Shown here: positions 1 through 15,563 of the stretch, in pieces | Numbering within the stretch: position 1 is the first letter of the stretch | Layout of the letters: each line of letters starts with the position of its first letter | Assembly (NCBI RefSeq): GCF_009914755.1 | Contig: NC_060925.1 | DNA length: 64,000 bases | Direction: 5' to 3' (one strand) | Source of the DNA: the human T2T-CHM13v2.0 reference genome, Homo sapiens | Notes under the pieces: generated by a model | Databases searched by the model: none | What the model saw: the letters and a program-made list of their open reading frames with translations, nothing else | What the model was told of the DNA's origin: nothing | Translations under genes and position numbers: made by a program

Positions 1-242
1 AGTCTCACCATGCATGGGACTCAATTATCCTTTATAAATAGGGGATTGTGAATGTGGGATGTGTTTTCTTTTGCAGCCCTGCTGCTATTTCTCCTTTGTT
101 TCCTTCTCCTGGTGCTGCTGCTTCTCTCTGTACACGTGTATGCACATATGTGAAATTGATGACATAAAGAAGATCCAAATCTCTTCGCCTAGTCAACTTG
201 AAGTTGTAAGATTCCTTGAGTGTCATTGAGAAATGTAATAGG

Positions 243-470
243 GAGTGGGTGGCTTGGCTGGTAGCTTAAATGGTGCCAATGATTGTAAAGTCATAGGTAC
301 CATCCCCCAAAAGCCAGAATGATTTCCTCTGTTCTGCTGACACAGAGAGCATCACAAATCTTGGCAAATATATCATTGGTTACATGGTTGATCAGACAAG
401 GCAGGGAGGAGTGAATCGTGTCAAATGGACCACCACCACTGAAACTCAAACCTGCCCCCACGCTGGTGAT
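243..470 (+). mobile_element. Ancient tRNA-derived SINE (MamSINE1-like), degenerate
   Basis: tRNA-like head (ggtgccaatgattgtaaagtcataggtaccatcccc) followed by body motifs ctctgttc, cattggttaca and caccaccactgaaactcaaa that resemble MamSINE1 from memory. Confidence 0.5.
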
Positions 471-689
471 TTTTGTGGATTCCTTTAAGAGGAATGGTGA
501 GTGTCTTCTAAGAGTAAGAAGGGTTAGCAGTGTTCCAGCTTACCTACAAAATGTGAAACTGAGAAAGCCCACTGGGGCGACTTCCATCTTTATTGCTAAA
601 GAGTAAGAAATAGAGACTTGGTCATTCTCACTGTCATTTTTGTGATTTTTCTGAACCTGAAGGTATATAATGAGGAAAAATGAGACAAA

Positions 690-940
690 TTCAAGCAAAG
701 AGAAATTTGGGCAGAATCTCTGGAGGGAAAAATAATCATGGTGAAATCCATTAGACTACGTAATAGTCATCCCCAAGGGGGATGACGTAAGCCTCATAGT
801 TGCAGTCATTTAAATGTAGACTGAACCATGCATTTGTGAGCAGACCCCAGGGAACAATCCTGCATTGCACAGGGGATAGGGAAAGCGATAGGCCAGATGA
901 CCTAATAGATCTTCTGTAACTTAATTTCTAGGGTTGTGGG
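690..940 (+). mobile_element. CR1/L3-family LINE 3' fragment
   Basis: gggaacaatcctgcattg...ccagatgacctaatagatctt...taatttcta resembles the conserved CR1/L3 3' end. Confidence 0.55.
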
Positions 941-1219
941 ATCCTAATTAAAATGAACTATATTGCCTGTTATGAACCCTCCATGTTAATATTCTGTAAG
1001 GTCTCCAGGCAAGTCAAGGGGGTCTTGGCTTTTTCTTATTTCTTTTGAGCCAGAACCCACAGGCTGCCTTAAGCACCTAGCTGCTGTCCATCACTTCTTA
1101 TAGCTGACAAAGCTTGACTTAAAAAAAAGTTTTTAAAGAAAATTACAGCACATATTATGAACTAACATTTTATACAAATTAATTGAGTGAAATGAGAGAA
1201 GTATGCTTCATTCTTTGAC

Positions 1220-1800
1220 CTGTGATAATAAATATTCTTCCGGTCAATAACACGACGGTGAGTCAGCCCTGCGATGGAGGCAGTTGTCGCCATATAACAC
1301 ACAGGACTCCAATCTGCTTCCTCACATCTAGTGCTGACTTTTCCTTTTAGCTTTAATGATGTTTGAAAGGGAATATTGACGCTGGAAAAATCTTAGAGAG
1401 GCTCCACCAATCACAGACGAGCGCAATTCTCCACTAATGTGGGCCTCTTTTCCTTGACTTCCTCTAGACATGGAACTCCACTGAGGATTCTCAGGCAGGG
1501 CCACTGGCGAGCTGGCCAGAGCTGCTCTGAGAACCACCAGTGAAGGGCAGAGGGCACTTTAGCCCCAAAAGTAGTAGCAGTTTAGGGCAGGTGGAAGAGA
1601 CGGGTGGTTCAATTGCCCCATGTGGCGTTTCAGGTGGGCCACATGGGTCAATTGAGTCTTATCAACTTGTGTCTTATCTAGCAATTGAATGCCATTGCTA
1701 GATAAGAGTGGTGACCTCCAGCTGGTAAGTTATTTTATCAGCCTTGTCCCATCCCAAGGATCCCCAAAAAGGCCACAGAACTCTGCCAGCAGGAAGTAGA
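1220..1800. promoter_or_regulatory. Candidate enhancer with clustered GATA, AP-1/NF-E2, E-box and ETS motifs
   Basis: WGATAA at ~1223, ~1659 (rev), ~1674 (rev), 1700 and ~1735 (rev); TGAGTCAGC at 1259-1267; CAGCTG at 1719-1724; CAGGAAGT at ~1790. Motif evidence only. Confidence 0.4.
1609..1707. repeat. Two adjacent inverted repeats (18-bp stem with 1 mismatch; 14-bp perfect stem)
   Basis: tcaattgccccatgtggc (1609-1626) pairs with gccacatgggtcaattga (1638-1655); tcttatctagcaat (1672-1685) pairs with attgctagataaga (1694-1707). Confidence 0.95.
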
Positions 1801-2204
1801 CACCGGTGTGCATCAGAGAATATCAAACTCTACCTATTTTAAATTTATAAACTGGATTCTAATTAGCCTGCAGGGAGTTTCCATGGAAATTGGAGATATC
1901 ACTTTGCAACAGTATAAGATCACAGCATCAAGTAGACGGGAAAAGTGGAAAATCTCTATTCTTTTAGGAATCAGCTGGAGTCACCTCGCTATGAAATTGT
2001 CCCTGACCCAGGCAGATTCCAGGTGTTCCCACTTCCATTACAGTATTTGTAGTATGTAATTGTCAGTGTACATATCTACATCCCGCAGACGGGGGAGACA
2101 CTGTCATTGTTTCTGTTTTTCTCCAGAATATGGCTCAGTTCCTGATACAGAAGACACTTAAAAACAACAACAACAACAACAAAACTTGTTCGATTATTAC
2201 AGTG

Positions 2205-2335
2205 ATGTCTTAGAACATTGGTTTCTTCATCTATAAAATGGCATAATAATACTAATTCAGTTGGCTGTTCTGAGGATTAAATGCCAGAACAAATAAGTAC
2301 TTACAACAATGCCCAGCTCCTAAATAATGTGTAGT
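2205..2335 (+). mobile_element. MIR SINE fragment
   Basis: MIR core: gtttcttcatctataaaatggcataataata...tgaggattaaatg. Confidence 0.7.
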
Positions 2336-2801
2336 TCCTATCCCCGCTTATCTTGTGTGAGAGGATTATTTTTGGTTTTGATAGGTATCAGGCAAAAAGG
2401 GTTTTTTAAAACAGCAAATAAATCAGAATATTCCACACTTGTAGTCTGCATTTTGTGTTGCCATTTGATTGGGTTTCTAGACTAGGCCAGCATTTTATAT
2501 TCTGTAAGCATGGTAGAGGTTATATTATCTCCAGCCCCAAATCTTGGACATTAAACCTTTTCCTCATTGCTCACTCGGCTAGATATACATTATTAATAAA
2601 TGAGATTTCTGAGATGTTTAGACTTGATTCTAAACATTCATGAAATAAACTTGGAGAATGAGTAACTATCATCAGTGATGATAAAAATGAGCTTGGGAAG
2701 ATACCCTGTGTGTTGATTCTGATGAGAATTTTACCTTTATTGGACACCAGAATATTTCCAGGTATTCCCTGAAAACTCCCCTAGAGATGTCTTAACTCTT
2801 C

Positions 2802-3322
2802 TTTGATGGTTAATATTAAGTGTCAACTTGATTGGATTGAAGGATGCAAAGTATTGTTCCTGGGTGTGTCTGTGAGGGTGTTGCCAAAGGAGATTAACGT
2901 TTGAGTCGGTGGACTAGGAGAGACAGACCCACCCTCAATGTGGGTGGGCACCATCTAATCAGCTGCCAGCATGGCTAGAATGAAGCAGACTTGCTGAGTT
3001 TTCCGCCCATCTTCTTTCTCCCGTGCTGGATGCTTCCTGCTCTCAAACATCAAACTCAAGTTCTTCAGCTTTTGGACTCTTGGACTTACACCAGTGGTTT
3101 GCCAGGGACTCTCAGGCCTTCGGCCACAGACTGAAGGCTGCACTGTCAGCTTCCCTACCTTTGAGGTTTTGGGACTCAAATTGGCTTCTTTGCTCCTCAG
3201 CTTGCAGATGGCCTATTGTGGGACTTTACCTTGTGATCATGTAAGTCAATTCTCCTTAATAAACTTTCCTTTATATATACATCTATCCTATTAGTTCTGT
3301 CCCTCTAGAGAACCCTAATACA
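2802..3322 (+). mobile_element. MLT2A2 solo LTR (ERVL)
   Basis: Starts tgatggttaatattaagtgtcaacttgattggattgaagg and ends ctctagagaaccctaataca; contains the ggacttacaccagtggtttgccagg...ggctgcactgtc block typical of MLT2A2. Confidence 0.9.
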
Positions 3323-4183
3323 CTTTATTTTTACAAAACAAGAAGTGCTTATAGAATGACTTTTCAAGGAGGTTTATGCGATCAAAACACACTACAGTGT
3401 GATGCTGGGTTTGCAGGGCGACCATGGAACTGTTGGGCAGAAACTCACATATAGAATAGCCTGCTACCAACCAAAGCCAGGTTTCATCTTTCCCACCAGC
3501 AGAATCCACCTCTTCCAAATCCACCCACATCATTGCATGGCCTGCAGGTAGGCTTTTCAGCTTCCTCTGATTGTCATACCAGGCACTGGGCCTATAAAAA
3601 GCAAAGCGGAGGCTGAGAGGAGGCAGAGGCAAACACTGAAGGTGTTTCAGAGGCCTATTCCCCCTGTGTATGGTGAGCACAGCACCTGGCAATGGATCGG
3701 GCTCTCCCACCCAAGCCCCATGCCCACTCTGGCCCCTTACCCCTCAGCCTTGGTGCCCTGGGTTCCCTAGTTCTTCTGTGGCCTCGACTCCCAACTGTGT
3801 GAAACCTGCATTGTCTTGGAGTCAGTGAGCTACTGCCTTCTCTATTTCCTGCTTTTAATTCCAGTTGACTCTTGACTTACAATCATGTATTCTTACTGGA
3901 ATTGCCTCCCTGAAGGGCAGAAATTCCCTTTCTCCTGCTCTTTTGCCCCATCTGCCCTCTGCTGGCCATCGATAGGTACTGCGGTCAACCCTGAAAAGCC
4001 GTTTTTCCCAGTAGCATGTACCGAAGCTGTTTGCTCTTTCCTAATTCAGACGCTTTCTTTTTCTTCTTTTTAAAATTTTGGTTGCATTGCCTCAGAGTTT
4101 TTCAAAGCAACACGGAAACACCCTTTCTCTTTCCATGTCCCCAGTGACCATGTCATGGATCTGCCGTAAAGCATCTCTTACAG

Positions 4184-4713
4184 TAGTGGTCTCCAACCTT
4201 TTTGGCACCAGGGACCGGTTTCATGGAAGGCAATTTTTCCATGGACCAGCGGGGTGTGGGGATGGTTTCGGGATGATTCAAGCCCATTACATTTATCGTG
4301 TGCTTTATTTCTGTTGTTATCACATTGTAATATGTAATGAAATAATTATATAACTCACTGTAATGTAGAATCAGTGGGAGCCCCTGGCTTGTTTTCCTGC
4401 AACTAGAAGGTCCCATCTAGGGGTGGTAGGAGACAGTGACAGATTTCCAGGCATTAGATTCTCATAAAGAGCCTGCCATTAATCTACAGCATCAGTGTTA
4501 CGCTGTAGAATGGTTCAGAATCTTAGCCACCGAGATCCCTCGCATGCGCAGTTCACAGTGTGGTTCATGCTCCTATGAGAGCCTAATGCTGCCGCTGATC
4601 TGACAGGAGGCGGAGCTCAGGTGGTGATGCTGGCTGGCCCACACTCACCTCCTGCTGTGCAGCCCGGTTCCTAACAGATACCAGTCCGTGGCCCTGGGGG
4701 TTAGGGACCCCCG
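4184..4713 (-). mobile_element. MER1A hAT-Charlie DNA transposon
   Basis: TIR-like ends, a MER1 body and a perfect 8-bp TSD TCTTACAG at 4176-4183 and 4714-4721. Confidence 0.9.
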
Positions 4714-4848
4714 TCTTACAGCATCCAGCGGGGCCAGGCACTTGGTTAAGTAGATCCTTGATGACTGAAACGTGACAATGCTGAAATGGCTGTGGAGTAC
4801 TGTTTGGAGTTTGTGGGGGTGGGGTTTGTAAACTGGAGAACTTTATGT

Positions 4849-5064
4849 TAGAGTTTCTTATTATTGACATTTGAGGCTAAATAATTCTTTGTTGTCCGAG
4901 TCTCTCCTCCACGGTGTAGTATGTTTCGCAGCACCTCTGGCCTCTACCCTCCACGTGCCAGTAGCACCTCCCCCAAGTTTGTTGTCCTCACAGACAACCA
5001 AAAATGTCTTCTCTACTCCCAAATGTCCTGGGGGGGCAAAATCACTCACTGCGGAGAACCATGG
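4849..5064 (-). mobile_element. MER20 DNA transposon
   Basis: gacaaccaaaaatgtc...caaatgtcctgggggggcaaaatcac...gagaacca matches MER20. Confidence 0.8.
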
Positions 5065-5759
5065 CATTAGGGTGATGGAGTAGAAAGCCCGCTCTACTCA
5101 GAAGGACTTCTAAGTGCCAGAAGGTGCAGGTCTGCTCTCTGGGGCCACTCAGTGCTTTGAAGGACACCTGATTTATTTTGGAGATGGACACTTAACTGCT
5201 GAATACACTGGCATGGGTGGGTGGTCCCATCGAGAGTTTTTCTCAAAGGTTTTCAATGACTCCTCTTGTGTTCTCTGGCCTATCCTACTCCAGCTCTCAA
5301 TTCTGCTAGGCTTGAGTTCCAGCGTCAGAGCCTTTCTGAGCCTCTCTTCTCAGTCTTAGCCTCCCCTCCTTCCCTCTCTCTCCACCCACCTTCTGGCCGT
5401 CTGGGAAGCTTCAGCTTCATCCTGCTTCCCCAGCACTGCTCCTCCATCCACCTTTTTTTCTTCCATAGATTCGTTAAAAACATCTTGTCTGAAGGCAGTT
5501 CTCCCCTTTCTACATCACCATGGGTTTTTTTTGCAGAATTTTCTTCCATTACAATCACTGATTGTAATCAATTCTCTTTCCCCCAGGTCTCTGCCTCCTC
5601 TCTGTCAGGAAGGAGAGAGAGAAGTTAACCACACAGAACTGACCACCCTCTTTACCCAGAAGGAGCTGATCAGCCATCTTTAGGCAGAAGGCTTCCTCCA
5701 GCTGCACCCAGATTCCCCTTCTGTCTCCCACAGCACCCTGGGCTTACTTCTCCAGATCA

Positions 5760-5925
5760 TGTAACACCCTGTGCTAAGATTGTTTATCTCTTGTCTGACT
5801 TCTTGAGTGGATCATAAGCTCTTTGAATGCAGGCATTGTGTCTTCTCACTCGCAACATCTCCAGTGTTGAGGACAGAAGTGCCCACAGTGCATAGGATAT
5901 ACTCAATAAAGGATTATCAAATGTC
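5760..5925 (+). mobile_element. L2 LINE 3' end
   Basis: taagctctttgaatgcagg...atctccagtg...actcaataaa pattern of the L2 3' terminus. Confidence 0.6.
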
Positions 5926-7039
5926 ATGGAAATAAGGCCTTAATTTAAATTCAGTGGGAAGAGATTTTCTTGAACTTTAAGAAGACTTGGGGACAAAATT
6001 TGAACTTCTTGTATGTGTTTCTCCTCAAAGAGCATAGCTCTGCCTTAATTCTTCTGAATCTGACATCGAGCCTCTGGAGTTTACTAGACTCTTAGGCTGG
6101 GAAGCTCTTGGTCCATTTTTGATCCACTGCATTCTGCAGTGAGATGAAGCCCATTCCTCTGACATCCCACTTGGTGTGCCATGCTGATAAACCCATAACA
6201 CTGATGCTGTAGATTAATGGCATGCCTTCACTTATGAACACTTTTTCCCCATGGTGACTAATGGCATTTTGATGGTGTCTCCTTAGACAGCTGCCTAAAT
6301 ATAAAGCAGTATGAGCTAAAAGAATAAATTGAAAATATCAGTCATTTTGTGTAATCCTTCCATAATATTATCTGGGAGCCCAGCCTAGCTTTATGGAAAT
6401 CATTCAGTAGAATCAGACAAGATTTTTCCTACAGCACTTTTATGTTTGCAAAACCATCATCATTGTCAGCTTTAATTAATATTTATTTCTGTGTATCACA
6501 CCTCATGTTAATAACTCTCCTCCAGGACTATTAACAAAATCCAGAACTGTTATTTTTCAATAGAGGAAGCGGAGGTATACACAGAGGTTTGACAGCTTGC
6601 TTAAGGCTACAGGATAAACTCAGAGTCAAGCTGAGACCAGGAGGCACAGATCTTCATCTCCCTGAGAAGGGCGGCTGCTCTAGGGTCAGCTTTGGGACAT
6701 ATGCCTCACCTTTGTGTGCCCATCAGACAAAGTGAGCCACCTGGTAGCTATGCCTGGACATGGTAAGAAGCACGCTTTTGAAATGAAGAGGGAGCCATCT
6801 CATTTTCCTGGCATATGTCACATCTCTTACTGAAGGGAGAGACCCATAGCTGCCTGTATTGTCCGTTGGGGCATGTCACGGTCTAGAGACATATGAAAGA
6901 CAAAAAAGCTCACTTGTCATCTGCCTTTCAGTCTAGGAGAGACAGCCCGAGACTGCTGCCGTGGTGGCTGTGAGACGCTGTGTCACATATTAATTAGGAG
7001 GAGCATATGTAGCATTTCTAAGCCAGGGGCCATTTGTGG

Positions 7040-7600
7040 CGGCAGCAGCCACGCAGGAGGCAGGGAGTGCAGCTAGTAGCTAAATGGAGGGTTTAGGATG
7101 CAGGTTCTCGGCTCAGACACCGGGAATGAATCCGTTAAGGGAATGTTGCGGCCCTCCAGGCCCCGCTCCTCCTGCCTCGCAGGTGCAGTCACTTGCTGCC
7201 CTGGGTTCCCGCGCAACCAGAAGCTTCCTGGGCCCAGCGAAAGTTCTCATCCCCTGCTCTGTAGCCCTTGAGACGCGCGGGAGGGTTGGAAAAGCCGAGC
7301 CGATTGTGGGTGGCAGGCCTCCACAGAGATCGATTTGAAGGCAGAAGCTGAACTCATCATACCTCTTTAGAGAAGAAGTAGTAACGTGCCCTTTTCGCTC
7401 AACAAAAACCTGGGCAAGGCCAAGGGAAAGGATAGCATGCCCCATGCGGTGAGCAAGGGCGCGTGCGCAGAGTAGCCCGGCCCAACACTCACCTGGAAAT
7501 GCGGCTGGGCCAGGGTACAAATCACAGTCTCTCTTCCATCCCCGCCCCTGCCACCCACTTCCCTCCTCCGACTTGGCTTTCTGCGAGTGCGCGTGAGGAG
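7040..7600 (-). promoter_or_regulatory. Weak CpG island and candidate promoter with first-exon splice donor (minus strand)
   Basis: About 30 CpGs in ~560 bp of non-repeat DNA (manual count); GC box ccccgcccc 7540-7548; CACCC and ETS (cacttcc) at ~7551-7562; NRF1-like gcgcgtgcgca 7459-7469; minus-strand donor CAG|GTGAGT with the intron starting at 7492. Confidence 0.6.
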
Positions 7601-7619
7601 AGACTTATCCAAGGTCAGG

Positions 7620-8632
<1,013 letters not shown>

Positions 8633-9719
8633 AGCCCTTTCTTAAGTACTGGTAGTGTTTTTACCACTGGGCTAGACATTGTAGAGGATACAAGAAGAGA
8701 CTGAATACAATCTCTGCCCCTAGAGAATGAGCCATCTAGAAACAAACAAACAAAAAAAGAAGACAAGGGAAGGAAATAGAGCACTCTCTAGTCCAGTTGT
8801 TTTCAACCTTTTGGAAATGCCATGTCCTCTTGGGCAGCTGAAGGTCTAGAAAGTACAGTTTATATTGATCTGCCGTTCTGTTTCTCGAACACCACTCTGT
8901 TCTCTTCTCAGTGGAGATGAAGCACAACCACATGCTTCAGATTTCTTTTTAGATCAAGGGATCTCCCACCCTCTTGTTCAAAATTCTCTGTGTGGATGCT
9001 GCTTCTTTACATCTTGAAGTTGAATAGAACAAGTCCTTTTTCTTCCTTGGGCCCGTGGTCTGCATGCTGGTGACAGCCCATTGCTCTTGACTATCCTCAC
9101 CAGGCCCCTTAAGTCAATGTCCTGCAGCACAGGATGGGTACTTTCTCCGTTCTCCCTCGAAGGTGGCCTGGTAGTTCCCTGTCCGTTAAAAACTTTTGGC
9201 CCACAAAAATGCAGAAACCAGTTCAAGATTTACATAACAGTTCATGGCAACAGAATATTGATCACGAGGCAGTACATGATGAGTTGCCAAATGAACTGCA
9301 TAGCCCTGTTGCTATAGGAGTGGAGCTTCCTCAGGTCCTCTCTGGAAGTAAGCAGATCATGCACTGCGAGCCAGCCGAAATGAACAAGCTGACAGAGGGG
9401 AAGGAGATCCAAGCAGACAGAGGGAATAGAGGGAATCTAAGGAATTTGTCTCTGAATGACCAACTGTACTATACAGGAAATATTGGGCCATCAAAGGATG
9501 TCATCACTTTAATAAGTCAAACATAGTTAAATATTGATCATTTCAACTTAAACATTTGAGGATTTGGTAAATATTTTTATATTTACTTGAAAAGTTTATG
9601 TGGCTTTTTCTTTGGATTTGAAGATAAATCTAGAGCATAGTTTTGACATCTTATTTGGCCATTAGAACTGATAGCATCTTTCCTATGTACCTTAGACTCT
9701 AGAGAAATTGTCACATTTC

Positions 9720-9870
9720 AAACTCATAAACACTGTGAATTGGGTATTTTTAATTTTTATACAGAAAACAGAGGCTCAAAAAGGTGAATTTGCCCAAAGT
9801 TATGCAGCTGGTAACTGCATAACTCAAACCTCAGCAAATAGGTCAAACCTCAGCAAATAGGTCAGATTCC
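9720..9870 (-). mobile_element. MIR fragment containing a hairpin and a 19-bp tandem duplication
   Basis: gaaaacagaggctca...ttgcccaaagt MIR core; tcaaacctcagcaaatagg repeated twice at 9824-9861. Confidence 0.6.
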
Positions 9871-10353
9871 CTGTTTATAGTTGATATTCAAGAAATATTT
9901 ATTGAATCAACCTAAGTGCACACATTCAAAGGCTCAGTCACTACATTTTCATGCAAAATATGTGTGATTCTCACTTATGTATACATATCACTCATGCATC
10001 TCATCCACCACTTTTTCCTTTCGTTTACCCAGTTACTGGATATCTCTGAACCTCGTTTTCTCCTCCATTAAACATATAATTGGTGAGCATGTACTATGGC
10101 CCCTTTTGATAGCTGTTTCTGCTTATCATGTCTTTATTCAATTTTTTTTTTATACTTTAAGTTTTAGGGTACATGTGCACAACGTGCAGGTTAGTTACAT
10201 ATGTACACATGTGCCATGTTGGTGTGCTGCACCCATTAACTCATCATTTAACATTAGGTATATCTCCTAATGCTATCCCTCCCCCCTCCCCCCACCCCAC
10301 AACAGGCCCCAGTGTGTGATGTTCCCCTTCCTGTGTCCATGTGTTCTCATTGT

Positions 10354-14481
<4,128 letters not shown>

Positions 14482-14544
14482 TATGATGTTAGCTGGTTAT
14501 TTTGCTCGTTAGTTGATGCACTTTCTTCCTAGCCTTGATGGTCT

Positions 14545-15563
14545 TTACCATTTGGCATATTTTTTGCAGTGGCTGGTACTGGTTGTTCCTTTCCATGTTT
14601 AGTGCTTCCTTCAGGAGCTCTTTTAGGGAAGGCCTGGTGGTGACAAAATCTCTCAGCATTTGCTTGTCTGTAAAGTATTTTATTTCTCCTTCACTTATGA
14701 AGCTTAGTTTGGCTGGATATGAACTTCTGGGTTGAAAATTCTTGCCTTTAAGAATGTTGAATATTGGCCCCCCACTCTCTTCTGGCTTGTAGAGTTTCTG
14801 CCGAGAGATCAGCTGTTAGTCTGATGAGCATCCCTTTTTGGGTAACTCGACCTTTCTCTCTGGCTGCCCTTAACATTTTTTCCTTCATTTCAAATTTGGT
14901 GAATCTGACAATTATGTGTCTCGGAGTTGCTCTTCTCGAGGAGTATCTTTGTGGCATTCTCTGTATTTCCTGAATTTGAATGTTGGCCTGCCTTGCTAGA
15001 TTGGGGAAGTTCTCCTGGATAATATCCTGCAGAGTGTTTTCCAACTTGGTTTCATTCTCCCCGTCACTTTCAGGTACACCAATCAGATGTAGATTTGGTC
15101 TTTTCACATAGTTCCATATTTCTCGGAGGCTTCGTTCATTTCTTTTTATTCTTTTTTCTCTAAACTTCTCTTCTCACTTCATTTCATTCATTTGATCTTC
15201 CATCACTGATACCCTTTCTTCCAATTGATCGAATCGGCTACTGAGGCTTGTGCATTCGTCACGTAGTTCTCGTGCCTTGGTTTTCAGCTCCATCAGGTCC
15301 TTTAAGGACTTCTCTGCACTGGTTATTCTAGTTAGCCATTCATCTAATCTTTTTTCAAGGTTTTTAACTTCTTTGCCATGGGTTTGAACTTCCTCCTTTA
15401 GCTCGGAGAAGTTTGATCAACTGAAGCCTTCTTCTCTCAACTCGTCAAAGTCATTCTCTGTCCAGCTTTGTTCAGTTGCTGGTGAGGAGCTGCATTCCTT
15501 TGGAGGAGGAGAGGCGCTCTGATTTTTAGAATTTTCAGTTTTTCTCCTCTGTTTTTTCCCCAT
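14545..15563 (-). pseudogene. ORF1: L1 ORF1, disrupted
   Basis: Starts MGKKQ at 15563; premature TGA at about codon 49; KRPNLHLIGVPE and RHIIVRF motifs; frameshift after REWG. Confidence 0.93.

Noticed and set aside
243-320. tRNA gene
   Set aside because: The A/B boxes are degenerate and there is no intact cloverleaf; it is better explained as the head of an ancient SINE.
1461-1710. H/ACA snoRNA or known miRNA
   Set aside because: There are no properly placed H and ACA boxes, two of the hairpins are too short for a pre-miRNA, and I recognise no mature sequence. It is kept only as an unexplained hairpin cluster.
7113-7520. 135-aa minus-strand ORF in the CpG block
   Set aside because: It has a non-ATG start, runs through a strong splice donor, lies in GC-rich stop-poor sequence and has no recognisable domain.
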